The notes beneath the pieces are model-generated. The model saw only the letters and a list, made by a program, of their open reading frames with translations. It was not told the DNA's origin and made no database searches. 32,000 nucleotides of DNA from Bacillus subtilis subsp. subtilis str. 168 (GTDB lineage: Bacteria > Bacillota > Bacilli > Bacillales > Bacillaceae), in NCBI RefSeq assembly GCF_000009045.1, contig NC_000964.3, positions 1,020,001 through 1,052,000 on the forward strand. The letters are read 5' to 3'. Shown piece by piece: positions 1-8,523 of this stretch (position 1 is the first letter of the stretch; each line of letters begins with the position of its first letter). The position numbers and the translations under genes were made by a program.

Positions 1-11
1 AATTTTTAGAG

Positions 12-40
12 AAAACCCGTTCATTGGAACGGGTTTTTTT
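12..40. terminator. Bidirectional rho-independent terminator downstream of citR (and of the upstream + strand gene outside the window)
   Basis: Perfect stem AAAACCCGTTC / GAACGGGTTTT with loop ATTG. An A-run lies 5' and a T-run 3'. It sits 33 nt beyond the citR stop. Confidence 0.7.
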
Positions 41-72
41 CATTAGACGGAGCACAGGCGTTTTGGTTGCTC

Positions 73-948
73 CTAAAAATGAAAATGTGATAAAAAATCC
101 AAGAACTTTTTTTCTTTCTTATTTTCATAAAGGGCAATCGCGTAAGCGCCGGCATAGGGCAGCTGTACAGACTGATAAGGAATTCTGATCATCTGTTTCT
201 CTGCTAACTCACGCTTTACTGTAGATAAAGGCAGAAATGAAACTCCGAGTCCTTCCTTGATAAACCGTTTCGTTATATGTGTTTGAGTGACCTTCATTGT
301 TCTCACAAATGGAAATGTCATTCTGACTTGACGGAGCAAGTCGTCCCAGTAATCAGGATGATTGTGGGTCAAAAGCAGGTATTGTTCGAGCACCTCTTTG
401 GCATCAATTTCGTTGTCTTCTATGAAACGCTTATCGGGCGGGGCAACAAGGACGACAGGGTCTTTGTATAAGCAGTGGCAGCTTAAAGAAGAAGACTGTA
501 CCTTTAAACAGCTTAGTCCGATATCTGCTTCCCCGGCTTTAATCAGTGACGCGATTTCCGCTGATTCGAAAATCGTAACCGCCATTTCTGTTTCCGTATT
601 CATTGCTGTGTACCGCTTCATGACAGAAGGAAGCACTGTATCTGCAATAAGCGGAGAAACCGCGAGCTGTAAGGTTTGAGAGTAGCCTTGTCTCACTCTG
701 TGAAGCTCTGCCATGCTGTTTTCATAATCATCAAGAAGCCTGAGCGCATACGGCAAATACGCCCTGCCTTCATCAGTCAGCTGGATTTGCCTGCCTTTAC
801 GCTCGAACAGCTTGCAGCTGATTTCTTTTTCTAATTGCTTGATATGTACGGTCACAGTAGGCTGAGATAAGAAAAGCGTTTCCGCCGTTTTTCGGAAGTT
901 CTCATATTTTGCAGCGGTCACAAAGGTGTGAAGCCATTTGAAATCCAT
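73..948 (-). CDS. citR: LysR-family transcriptional regulator CitR (regulator of citA)
   Basis: 291-aa ORF with an N-terminal LysR HTH (FRKTAETLFLSQPTVTVHIKQLE). It is divergent from a citrate synthase gene, matching the B. subtilis gene order. Confidence 0.95.
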   Translation of the reverse strand: MDFKWLHTFVTAAKYENFRKTAETLFLSQPTVTVHIKQLEKEISCKLFERKGRQIQLTDEGRAYLPYALRLLDDYENSMAELHRVRQGYSQTLQLAVSPLIADTVLPSVMKRYTAMNTETEMAVTIFESAEIASLIKAGEADIGLSCLKVQSSSLSCHCLYKDPVVLVAPPDKRFIEDNEIDAKEVLEQYLLLTHNHPDYWDDLLRQVRMTFPFVRTMKVTQTHITKRFIKEGLGVSFLPLSTVKRELAEKQMIRIPYQSVQLPYAGAYAIALYENKKEKKFLDFLSHFHF

Positions 949-965
949 TTCTATTCTCCCTCTGA

Positions 966-1030
966 TTAATATTTTTAATTAATTCCCTTTAAAATATTGA
1001 TTATTTTTTAAATATTATATTTACTATAAT
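966..1030 (+). promoter_or_regulatory. citR-citA divergent control region with a LysR-type T-N11-A-like inverted repeat and a candidate citA -10
   Basis: Inverted repeat TTAAT(966-970)-N7-ATTAA(978-982) in a very AT-rich intergenic region. TATAAT lies at 1025-1030, about 27 nt upstream of the citA ATG. No good -35 is seen. Confidence 0.3.
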
Positions 1031-1056
1031 AACAGAAAAGGATAGGGGGAATACAA

Positions 1057-2157
1057 ATGGTACATTACGGATTAAAGGGAATTACATGTGTAGAAACATC
1101 CATCAGCCATATTGATGGTGAAAAAGGGCGTCTGATTTACAGAGGACATCATGCAAAAGACATCGCACTGAATCACAGCTTTGAAGAAGCGGCTTATTTG
1201 ATTTTATTTGGAAAACTGCCTTCAACTGAAGAATTGCAGGTATTTAAAGATAAGCTGGCTGCGGAACGGAATCTTCCGGAACATATTGAGCGCTTGATTC
1301 AATCACTGCCAAACAACATGGACGATATGTCGGTGCTGAGAACGGTTGTTTCAGCATTGGGGGAAAATACGTACACATTCCATCCGAAAACAGAGGAAGC
1401 AATCCGGCTGATTGCAATCACGCCTTCTATCATTGCATACAGAAAAAGATGGACGCGCGGTGAACAAGCAATTGCACCTTCTTCCCAGTACGGACATGTC
1501 GAAAACTACTATTATATGCTCACAGGTGAACAGCCTTCAGAGGCAAAAAAGAAAGCGCTTGAAACCTATATGATTCTGGCCACGGAGCACGGCATGAACG
1601 CATCGACTTTTTCGGCACGAGTCACGTTATCTACAGAGAGTGATTTAGTGTCAGCCGTCACGGCTGCTCTCGGTACGATGAAAGGTCCGCTGCACGGAGG
1701 TGCTCCTTCTGCGGTGACAAAAATGCTTGAAGACATTGGAGAAAAGGAACATGCTGAAGCATATCTGAAAGAAAAACTCGAAAAAGGAGAGCGCTTGATG
1801 GGATTCGGCCACAGGGTGTACAAAACAAAAGACCCGCGGGCAGAAGCTTTGAGACAGAAAGCAGAAGAGGTGGCCGGCAATGACCGTGATCTTGATCTTG
1901 CGCTGCATGTAGAAGCAGAAGCGATTCGTTTGCTAGAAATCTACAAACCGGGACGAAAGCTGTACACAAATGTTGAATTTTACGCAGCTGCAGTGATGAG
2001 GGCCATCGATTTTGACGATGAATTGTTTACTCCGACCTTTTCAGCAAGCCGAATGGTAGGGTGGTGCGCCCATGTACTGGAACAGGCAGAAAACAACATG
2101 ATTTTCCGCCCGTCAGCGCAATATACCGGTGCCATTCCCGAGGAAGTTCTTTCATAA
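1057..2157 (+). CDS. citA: Citrate synthase I (minor citrate synthase)
   Basis: 366-aa ORF with the citrate synthase signature [28 protein letters not shown] precedes the ATG. Confidence 0.95.
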
Positions 2158-2168
2158 CATATTTTGGC

Positions 2169-2194
2169 GTTTATTCATTTCTGTCGTGTGGTAA
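2169..2194 (+). promoter_or_regulatory. Sigma-B-type promoter candidate for yhdF
   Basis: GTTTAT (2169-2174), 14-nt spacer, TGGTAA (2189-2194), versus the consensus GTTTAA-N12-15-GGGTAT. From memory, yhdF is a general stress regulon member. Confidence 0.5.
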
Positions 2195-2230
2195 CGTTCA
2201 GTATCAACCACATGTCTAGGAGTGATGAAT

Positions 2231-3100
2231 GTGAACCCAATGGACAGACAAACAGAAGGACAAGAACCGCAGCATCAGGACAGACAGCCGGGCATTGAGT
2301 CAAAAATGAATCCGCTGCCGCTGTCAGAGGACGAGGATTATCGAGGAAGCGGAAAACTGAAAGGAAAAGTTGCGATCATTACTGGAGGCGACAGCGGAAT
2401 AGGGAGAGCAGCAGCTATTGCCTTTGCTAAAGAGGGGGCTGATATCTCCATTCTATACTTAGACGAGCATTCGGACGCAGAGGAAACACGCAAACGGATC
2501 GAAAAGGAGAATGTCCGCTGCCTGCTTATCCCGGGAGATGTTGGGGACGAGAACCATTGTGAACAAGCTGTGCAGCAAACAGTGGACCATTTTGGTAAAC
2601 TCGATATCTTAGTGAACAACGCCGCTGAACAGCATCCCCAGGACAGCATTCTCAATATTTCAACAGAACAGCTGGAAAAAACCTTTCGCACAAATATTTT
2701 TTCCATGTTTCATATGACGAAGAAAGCTTTGCCTCACCTGCAAGAGGGGTGTGCCATTATTAATACGACATCGATTACCGCTTATGAAGGGGATACGGCG
2801 TTAATTGATTATTCCAGCACAAAGGGTGCGATTGTTTCCTTTACGCGTTCCATGGCGAAGTCGCTTGCAGATAAAGGCATCAGAGTGAATGCGGTGGCGC
2901 CCGGTCCGATTTGGACACCGCTTATTCCGGCGACATTCCCTGAGGAAAAAGTGAAACAGCACGGCTTGGATACCCCAATGGGAAGACCGGGACAGCCGGT
3001 TGAGCATGCAGGCGCCTATGTTCTGCTGGCGTCTGACGAATCTTCCTATATGACAGGGCAGACCATTCATGTGAATGGCGGCCGTTTTATTTCAACGTAA
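2231..3100 (+). CDS. yhdF: Short-chain dehydrogenase/reductase (general stress protein YhdF)
   Basis: SDR motifs TGGDSGIGRA (cofactor binding), NNAA and YSSTKGA (YxxxK). The ORF track starts at GTG 2222, but AGGAG (2218-2222) overlaps that codon. GTG 2231 has 8-nt spacing and gives 289 aa, the length I recall. ATG 2225 is also possible. Confidence 0.9.
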   Translation: MNPMDRQTEGQEPQHQDRQPGIESKMNPLPLSEDEDYRGSGKLKGKVAIITGGDSGIGRAAAIAFAKEGADISILYLDEHSDAEETRKRIEKENVRCLLIPGDVGDENHCEQAVQQTVDHFGKLDILVNNAAEQHPQDSILNISTEQLEKTFRTNIFSMFHMTKKALPHLQEGCAIINTTSITAYEGDTALIDYSSTKGAIVSFTRSMAKSLADKGIRVNAVAPGPIWTPLIPATFPEEKVKQHGLDTPMGRPGQPVEHAGAYVLLASDESSYMTGQTIHVNGGRFIST

Positions 3101-3105
3101 TCAAC

Positions 3106-3133
3106 GAAAAACCAGCTCAAGAGCTGGTTTTTT
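3106..3133 (+). terminator. Rho-independent terminator after yhdF
   Basis: Stem ACCAGC / GCTGGT with a 6-nt loop, preceded by AAAAA and followed by TTTTTT. Confidence 0.8.
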
Positions 3134-3291
3134 GTGTGGTGAAAAATTTCAAAATAAAAAATTTGTCGATTTTTCTAACAATTTTGTTTTCATTTTTGCA
3201 ATTTTATATATAATATTGAGTAGGAGAAAGGAATGATTCGCGACCAGTACAAATATAGTAGAAAAAAAAGAATAATGACCATTGTTACTCA

Positions 3292-3306
3292 TGAATTCAG
3301 AAAATT
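3292..3306 (+). promoter_or_regulatory. CodY-box-like motif in the bcaP leader
   Basis: TGAATTCAGAAAATT matches 11/15 positions of the CodY consensus AATTTTCWGAAAATT (the 3' 11 nt are perfect). From memory, bcaP is a strongly CodY-repressed gene with multiple sites. The whole 3140-3340 region is AT-rich with further weaker matches. Confidence 0.5.
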
Positions 3307-3349
3307 CAAATAAAATATATAAAAATAGATGATCGGGAGTTGAAGGGGA

Positions 3350-4747
3350 ATGAAAGGGAGCGTTTTTAGGAAGAAAAGCATTCAGGATTTAATCGCTGCG
3401 ACGAGCGGGGAAAAGTCTTTAAAAAGAGAATTAGGGGCATTTGATTTAACGTTGCTTGGAATCGGCGCCATTATTGGCACAGGGATTTTTGTTCTGACGG
3501 GAACAGGCGCAGTCACGGCCGGTCCCGGGCTGACGATTTCATTTGTTGTGGCGGCGTTGGCTTGTTTATTCGCCGCCCTGTCTTACGCGGAATTTGCGTC
3601 AAGTGTGCCTGTTTCAGGTTCGGTGTATACATTCACTTATGCGACATTGGGAGAGCTTATGGCCTTTATTATCGGGTGGGATTTAATTTTAGAATACATG
3701 CTGGCGGTAAGTGCAGTGTCGGTCGGCTGGTCTGGTTATTTCCAATCGTTTTTATCAGGGCTTGGCATTCATCTTCCGGTTGCTTTAACAGCGGCACCGG
3801 GCGCAGTGAAAGGCACCTTTACCCTGTTTAATCTTCCTGCATTCGTCATTGTAATGGCGATCACATATTTGCTTTATTTAGGCATCAAAGAATCAAAAAG
3901 AGTCAACAATATCATGGTTATCTTGAAGATACTGGTTGTTCTGCTGTTTATCGCGGTGGCAGCCGTTTACGTGAAGCCGCACAACTGGCAGCCGTTTATG
4001 CCAATGGGCTTTGGCGGCGTGTTCAGTGCAGCGGCGCTCGTATTCTTTGCTTTTATCGGATTTGACGCTGTATCCTCTGCTGCGGAAGAAACGAAAAATC
4101 CCGCGAAGGATCTGCCTAAAGGCATTATTTTCTCTTTACTGGTCTGCACGATTTTATATGTCACCGTATCAGCCATCATGACTGGGGTTATCCCGTTTGC
4201 TCAATTTGCGGGTGTGGATCATCCGGTTTCTCTTGTTCTTCAAAGCGCAGGGCAAAATTGGGTGGCAGGCATCATTGATATTGGCGCCGTGTTGGGAATG
4301 ACAACAGTTATGCTCGTGATGCTTTACGGGCAGACCCGCGTCATGTTTGCCATGTCGCGTGACGGACTTGTGCCGGGTTCACTTTCTAAAGTGCATCCAA
4401 AGCACAAAACACCTTATGTAGCCACTTGGTTTTTCGGAACGATGTCGGCGCTTCTCGGCTCACTTGTTCCGCTGGATGAACTTGCAAAGCTGGTGAACAT
4501 CGGGACGTTGTCGGCATTTGTCCTGATTTCTGTGGCAGTTATCGTTTTGAGAAAGAAACAGCCTGATCTTCCGAGAGCTTTTAAATGCCCGGGAGTTCCC
4601 GTGATCCCAGGCCTGGCGATTCTGTTCTGCCTGTTCTTGATTTTAAATCTGGGATGGGTGACGATTGTCCGCTTCCTAGTGTGGCTGTTAATCGGCTTGG
4701 TAATCTATTTCCTGTATTCAAGAAAGCATTCAAAATTAAATCAATAA
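3350..4747 (+). CDS. bcaP: Branched-chain amino acid permease, APC superfamily
   Basis: 465-aa polytopic membrane protein (about 12 TM) with amino-acid permease motifs (GTGIFVLTG). SD GGGAGTTGAAGGGGA. Position matches yhdG/bcaP. Confidence 0.95.
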   Translation: MKGSVFRKKSIQDLIAATSGEKSLKRELGAFDLTLLGIGAIIGTGIFVLTGTGAVTAGPGLTISFVVAALACLFAALSYAEFASSVPVSGSVYTFTYATLGELMAFIIGWDLILEYMLAVSAVSVGWSGYFQSFLSGLGIHLPVALTAAPGAVKGTFTLFNLPAFVIVMAITYLLYLGIKESKRVNNIMVILKILVVLLFIAVAAVYVKPHNWQPFMPMGFGGVFSAAALVFFAFIGFDAVSSAAEETKNPAKDLPKGIIFSLLVCTILYVTVSAIMTGVIPFAQFAGVDHPVSLVLQSAGQNWVAGIIDIGAVLGMTTVMLVMLYGQTRVMFAMSRDGLVPGSLSKVHPKHKTPYVATWFFGTMSALLGSLVPLDELAKLVNIGTLSAFVLISVAVIVLRKKQPDLPRAFKCPGVPVIPGLAILFCLFLILNLGWVTIVRFLVWLLIGLVIYFLYSRKHSKLNQ

Positions 4748-4758
4748 CCTTTTGATAA

Positions 4759-4790
4759 AGAGAGCGGCCATACAGGCCGCCTCTTTTCTG
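4759..4790 (+). terminator. Rho-independent terminator after bcaP
   Basis: Stem AGAG-CGGCC / GGCCG-C-CTCT (one bulge), loop ATACA, followed by TTTTCTGTT. Confidence 0.75.
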
Positions 4791-4864
4791 TTCTTGGCAA
4801 ATGAATCTATAGAAATGAAGACAAAAATAAGAGATAATATAGGCTGGAAAGGAAGTGACGTTTA

Positions 4865-6220
4865 TTGTCTGAGCAAAAACCAGTCCAATGGGCTTCGAAA
4901 ATTGGTTTCGTCATGGCAGCGGCCGGCTCGGCTATCGGCTTGGGCGCGATTTGGAAGTTCCCTTACGTAGCGGGGACCAATGGGGGAGGAGCCTTTTTTC
5001 TTATCTTCGTGTTATTTACCATCCTCTTAGGCTATCCGCTTTTGGTGGGGGAATTTATTTTTGGAAGACGGAACCAGACGAATGCCATTGATGCATATAA
5101 AAAAGAAGCGCCGCGATCAGCTTGGTTTCTTACGGGGTGGATCGGCGTAGCGGCGTGTTTCTTAGTGCTGTCGTTTTACAGTGTAATCGGGGGATGGATT
5201 TTGCTGTATATCGTGAAAACAGCGTCAGGATCACTGTCCGGGCTTTCTCAAGCACAGTATGGCGCTCTTTTTGCTTCTATTATCCAAAATCCGGTGCAGA
5301 CGCTCGCGGCTCAGCTTGTCTTTATGGCACTGACTGTACTCGTTGTCGCAAGAGGGGTTCAAAAAGGGATTGAACGGGTAAGCGCGGTGATGATGCCGAT
5401 TTTGTTTTTATTGTTTATTCTGCTCGTTCTTCGGTCTCTTACGCTTAATGGTGCAATGGAAGGCGTAAAGTTTCTGCTTGTGCCTCATTTCGGCGATCTG
5501 ACTCCGGAATCCATATTATTCGCGCTGGGACAGGCCTTCTTTACGTTAACACTGGGGGTTTCGGTGATGGTGACCTACAGCTCCTATTTGCCGAAAACAC
5601 AAAATATCCCTCGTTCGGCAGCCTCCATTGTCTTGATGAATATCATTGTGACACTCTTGGCAGGTTTGGCTATTTTTCCGGCGGTTTTCTCATTCGGTTT
5701 TCAGCCAAATGAAGGACCGACATTGCTGTTTACAGTGCTTCCGGCCGTTTTTGAACAGCTTCCGTTCGGCACATTGTTTTTTATCGGCTTTCTCGTTGCA
5801 TTTTTATTTGCAGCCTTAACCTCAGCATTTTCGATGGTTGAAATTATCGTTGCCACAATCGGAAAAGGGGACGAAAAGAAGAGAAAAAAACTGTCATGGA
5901 CGAGCGGGCTTTTGATCTTTTTGGTCGGAATCCCATGCTGCTTGTCTTATGGCGTTTTGAGTGATGTGCACCTATTTGGCAAAACGTTTTTTGATATTGC
6001 CGATTTTACCGTCAGCAATGTTTTGATGCCTTCAGGCGCTCTGTTAATTTCTCTATTTATCCCGCTGAAAATTTCGAAAAGCGAACTCTTGGCTGAAATG
6101 CGAAATGGATCAAATGCAGGTAAAGCATTCTTTTACACATGGTTTTATTTGCTTCGTTTTATCGTGCCGCTTGCCATTATTATCGTGTTCTTAAATTTAA
6201 TCGGAATTTTATCATTTTAA
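4865..6220 (+). CDS. yhdH: Sodium-dependent transporter, neurotransmitter:sodium symporter (SNF/NSS) family
   Basis: 451-aa, 11-12 TM protein with the NSS N-terminal motif GLGAIWKFPY. TTG start with upstream GGAAAGGAAG. Confidence 0.92.
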   Translation: MSEQKPVQWASKIGFVMAAAGSAIGLGAIWKFPYVAGTNGGGAFFLIFVLFTILLGYPLLVGEFIFGRRNQTNAIDAYKKEAPRSAWFLTGWIGVAACFLVLSFYSVIGGWILLYIVKTASGSLSGLSQAQYGALFASIIQNPVQTLAAQLVFMALTVLVVARGVQKGIERVSAVMMPILFLLFILLVLRSLTLNGAMEGVKFLLVPHFGDLTPESILFALGQAFFTLTLGVSVMVTYSSYLPKTQNIPRSAASIVLMNIIVTLLAGLAIFPAVFSFGFQPNEGPTLLFTVLPAVFEQLPFGTLFFIGFLVAFLFAALTSAFSMVEIIVATIGKGDEKKRKKLSWTSGLLIFLVGIPCCLSYGVLSDVHLFGKTFFDIADFTVSNVLMPSGALLISLFIPLKISKSELLAEMRNGSNAGKAFFYTWFYLLRFIVPLAIIIVFLNLIGILSF

Positions 6221-6253
6221 AAAACAGGCTCCGTTTCCGGGGCCTGTTTTTTA
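6219..6253. terminator. Bidirectional terminator between convergent yhdH and yhdI
   Basis: 10-bp stem ACAGGCTCCG / CGGGGCCTGT (one G-U), loop TTTC, flanked by AAAAAA and TTTTTT. Confidence 0.85.
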
Positions 6254-6254
6254 T

Positions 6255-7664
6255 TTAATAAGATGATATCAACGGTGCCCATGCCGTTTTCAGTTTTTGG
6301 ATGCCGAGCCTGATGTCCTCTTCTGACAAACCGCCATAACCGATTAAGACAGAAGTAAAAGGCGTCTGTTCTATATATGAGGGAGACACGGGATAGAGGG
6401 TTACACCGTGGTCAGCGGCTGCTTGTATTGCTTCTTCCTCACTTGCTGGAAACAAAAGGCGCAGCAGAATGTGAAGCCCCGAGTTCTTACCGAGAATCTC
6501 AACGGTGTTTCCCAGTTCAGAGCGAATGGCTTCTAACAGGACAGCGTGTTTTTTTCGGTATAAGCTTCTCATTCTATTTATGTGTTTTTGCCACTCTCCG
6601 GTTTCGATGAAGTCTGCCAGTGCCAATTGCGAGTGGGCAGAAACGGTCTGCTTCATTAACTGAACATTGTTTTGGATCGGTTCCATGAGTTCAGGGGGCA
6701 CAATCATGAAGCTGAGCCGCAAGGAAGGCAGAAGTGACTTTGAAAAAGTGCCCAGATATATGACTCTGCCATTCGGATCAAGACCCTGTAAAGACGGAAT
6801 GGGATGGCCGCTGTAGCGAAATTCTCCATCGTAATCATCTTCTATAATGAATGAATTTGTTTCTGCCGCCCATGCCAGCAGCTCCTGTCTGCGGGTAATC
6901 GTCATAATGGTCCCAATCGGAAACTGATGCGAAGGAGTCGTATACATGAGATAAGGATTCTGACGGTAGAGCTCATCCGGCAGGACGCCTTCTGCATCAG
7001 AACAAATCGGAGTGACATCCATGTGATTTGCTTCAAACATCCTTCTTGAACGGTGAAAGCCCGGTTCTTCAAAGCCGATTTTTGTACCTGGCTTTAGCGA
7101 AAGGCAAAGATTTTGCAGAAGCACGGTGGTTCCTGCGCCGATGATAATCTGGCCGGGTTCACAATTTACTCCCCGAGACAGCCTGACGAATCGGGCAATC
7201 ATGTGCCTGAGTTCGTATTCTCCTTGAGGGTCGCCAGAGGTGTGAAACGATCCGGAATAGCGATCAAGACTTTTTACTATGCTTTTTCTCCATGCGTTAA
7301 AGGGAAAGAGGGTCGGATCAACGCTGCCCTGATGGAAGTCAATAGCAGGTGCGTTTTTTTGATGTAATCCCGGCTGTACAGACTGCTGAAAATGGTCAGG
7401 AGCTGTCGGGAATCCTGGTTCTACTTCCGCCGCGAACCAGCCGATTTTCGGCTTGCTTTTGACATAGCCCTCAGCAGTTAATTGCTCATAAGCTCGTTCT
7501 ATAGTTGCCGTGCTGACATCGAGCAAGCTGGAGAGCCTGCGTTTTGACGGAAGTCTTGTTCCCTTTGTGATTCGCGCATGTGAAATTTCTTGTTTAAAAA
7601 AGGTATAAAGCTGTTCATACAGCGGTGTTTTGCTCTTTTTATCAAGAAACGGCGTAATATCCAT
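6255..7664 (-). CDS. yhdI: MocR/GabR-type regulator: GntR wHTH fused to a PLP aminotransferase-like domain
   Basis: 469 aa. N-terminal GntR HTH (LPSKRRLSSLLDVSTATIERAYEQLTAEGYV). C-terminal fold-type I aminotransferase domain with a TFSKSL PLP-lysine motif. SD AAAGGAGA. Confidence 0.93.
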   Translation of the reverse strand: MDITPFLDKKSKTPLYEQLYTFFKQEISHARITKGTRLPSKRRLSSLLDVSTATIERAYEQLTAEGYVKSKPKIGWFAAEVEPGFPTAPDHFQQSVQPGLHQKNAPAIDFHQGSVDPTLFPFNAWRKSIVKSLDRYSGSFHTSGDPQGEYELRHMIARFVRLSRGVNCEPGQIIIGAGTTVLLQNLCLSLKPGTKIGFEEPGFHRSRRMFEANHMDVTPICSDAEGVLPDELYRQNPYLMYTTPSHQFPIGTIMTITRRQELLAWAAETNSFIIEDDYDGEFRYSGHPIPSLQGLDPNGRVIYLGTFSKSLLPSLRLSFMIVPPELMEPIQNNVQLMKQTVSAHSQLALADFIETGEWQKHINRMRSLYRKKHAVLLEAIRSELGNTVEILGKNSGLHILLRLLFPASEEEAIQAAADHGVTLYPVSPSYIEQTPFTSVLIGYGGLSEEDIRLGIQKLKTAWAPLISSY

Positions 7665-7714
7665 CTCATGTCTCCTTTGTAGCTGGCATGGTCATTTTTT
7701 CTGATATTGGCTAT

Positions 7715-7742
7715 TTGGCAAATGCCATTTATTAGCTATGAT
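7715..7742 (+). promoter_or_regulatory. Sigma-A promoter candidate for yhdJ, with a palindrome over the -35
   Basis: TTGGCA (7715-7720), 16-nt spacer, TATGAT (7737-7742). The palindrome TGGCA-AA-TGCCA (7716-7727) overlaps the -35. Confidence 0.5.
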
Positions 7743-7773
7743 CATTGTAACGAAAGGAAAGGGGATTGAGAAG

Positions 7774-8202
7774 ATGATCCATATGAAACAATTAACCTCG
7801 AAAGAAGAATGGGCTGAGTCGTATCCGATTATGAGTGAATTGAGAACAGAACTGGATATAGAGACGTATTTACAAAGGCTTGAAGCCTGTGTGCAGAAAG
7901 AATCGTATATGCTGTTTGCCTTATATGAAAATACAGCAATCAGAGCGCTGTGCGGGGCTCTGCCGAGAGTTTCCATTCATAAAGGAGAGCACTTGTGGAT
8001 TGCGGATCTTGTTACAACGGCACCTTGCCGATCAAAGGGATACGGCAAAATGCTTTTGGATTATGCCTCAGACTGGGCGAGAAAAGCCGGACTCGGTTTT
8101 GTCAGTCTTTCATCTGGCCTTCAGCGTAAAGACGCACATCGATTTTATACAGATAAAATGGGTTTTACTATAGAAAGTTATTTGTTCCGAAAACCGGTAT
8201 AA
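7774..8202 (+). CDS. yhdJ: GNAT-family N-acetyltransferase
   Basis: GNAT acetyl-CoA motif RSKGYGKMLLDYA. The track ORF starts at 7738, but GGAAAGGGGA (7757-7766) is positioned for ATG 7774. That start gives 142 aa, the length I recall. Confidence 0.9.
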   Translation: MIHMKQLTSKEEWAESYPIMSELRTELDIETYLQRLEACVQKESYMLFALYENTAIRALCGALPRVSIHKGEHLWIADLVTTAPCRSKGYGKMLLDYASDWARKAGLGFVSLSSGLQRKDAHRFYTDKMGFTIESYLFRKPV

Positions 8203-8204
8203 CG

Positions 8205-8234
8205 AAAAAAGACGCCTGAAAAGGCGTCTTTTTT
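8205..8234. terminator. Bidirectional terminator between convergent yhdJ and yhdK
   Basis: Stem GACGCC / GGCGTC, loop TGAAAA, flanked by AAAAAA and TTTTTT. It overlaps the yhdK stop codon. Confidence 0.85.
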
Positions 8235-8523
8235 AAAAGCCAAACTGTAAATTCGTATCTACAGATACAATGGTATACACACAAATAATCACAAAGAGAT
8301 TAAGGATGACGCCGAGCAGGCCTGGACCTGTGCGCCCTCTCTTGATGAAGAGTTCAACAACGCCGAACGGAACGGCAGCCATGGCGAACGGAAGCATTTG
8401 ATAGGAATAAAACGTGACGTTGCTGATAATGGCCAAATTCAGCAACAGCAGGGACAGAACCGCTGTCCCGACAGAGATCCAGCCGAATACATTGTGTTCT
8501 TTAAAAATTCTTACCAGTTCCAT
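8233..8523 (-). CDS. yhdK: Small membrane protein, part of the anti-sigma-M complex
   Basis: 96 aa with three hydrophobic segments. It overlaps the yhdL 3' end by 13 nt and is the last gene of the sigM-yhdL-yhdK operon. Confidence 0.9.
   Translation of the reverse strand: MELVRIFKEHNVFGWISVGTAVLSLLLLNLAIISNVTFYSYQMLPFAMAAVPFGVVELFIKRGRTGPGLLGVILNLFVIICVYTIVSVDTNLQFGF

Noticed and set aside
2187-2212. The inverted repeat TGTGGT...ACCACA between citA and yhdF, considered as a possible citA terminator.
   Set aside because: It is only 6 bp with a 14-nt loop and has no following U-tract. It also overlaps the sigma-B-type -10 region of yhdF. It is not a convincing intrinsic terminator.
3140-3349. 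A possible T-box or amino-acid attenuator in the 210-nt AT-rich region upstream of bcaP.
   Set aside because: There is no terminator/antiterminator pair, no specifier-loop or T-box sequence, and no run of branched-chain codons. The region is better explained as a CodY-controlled promoter/leader.
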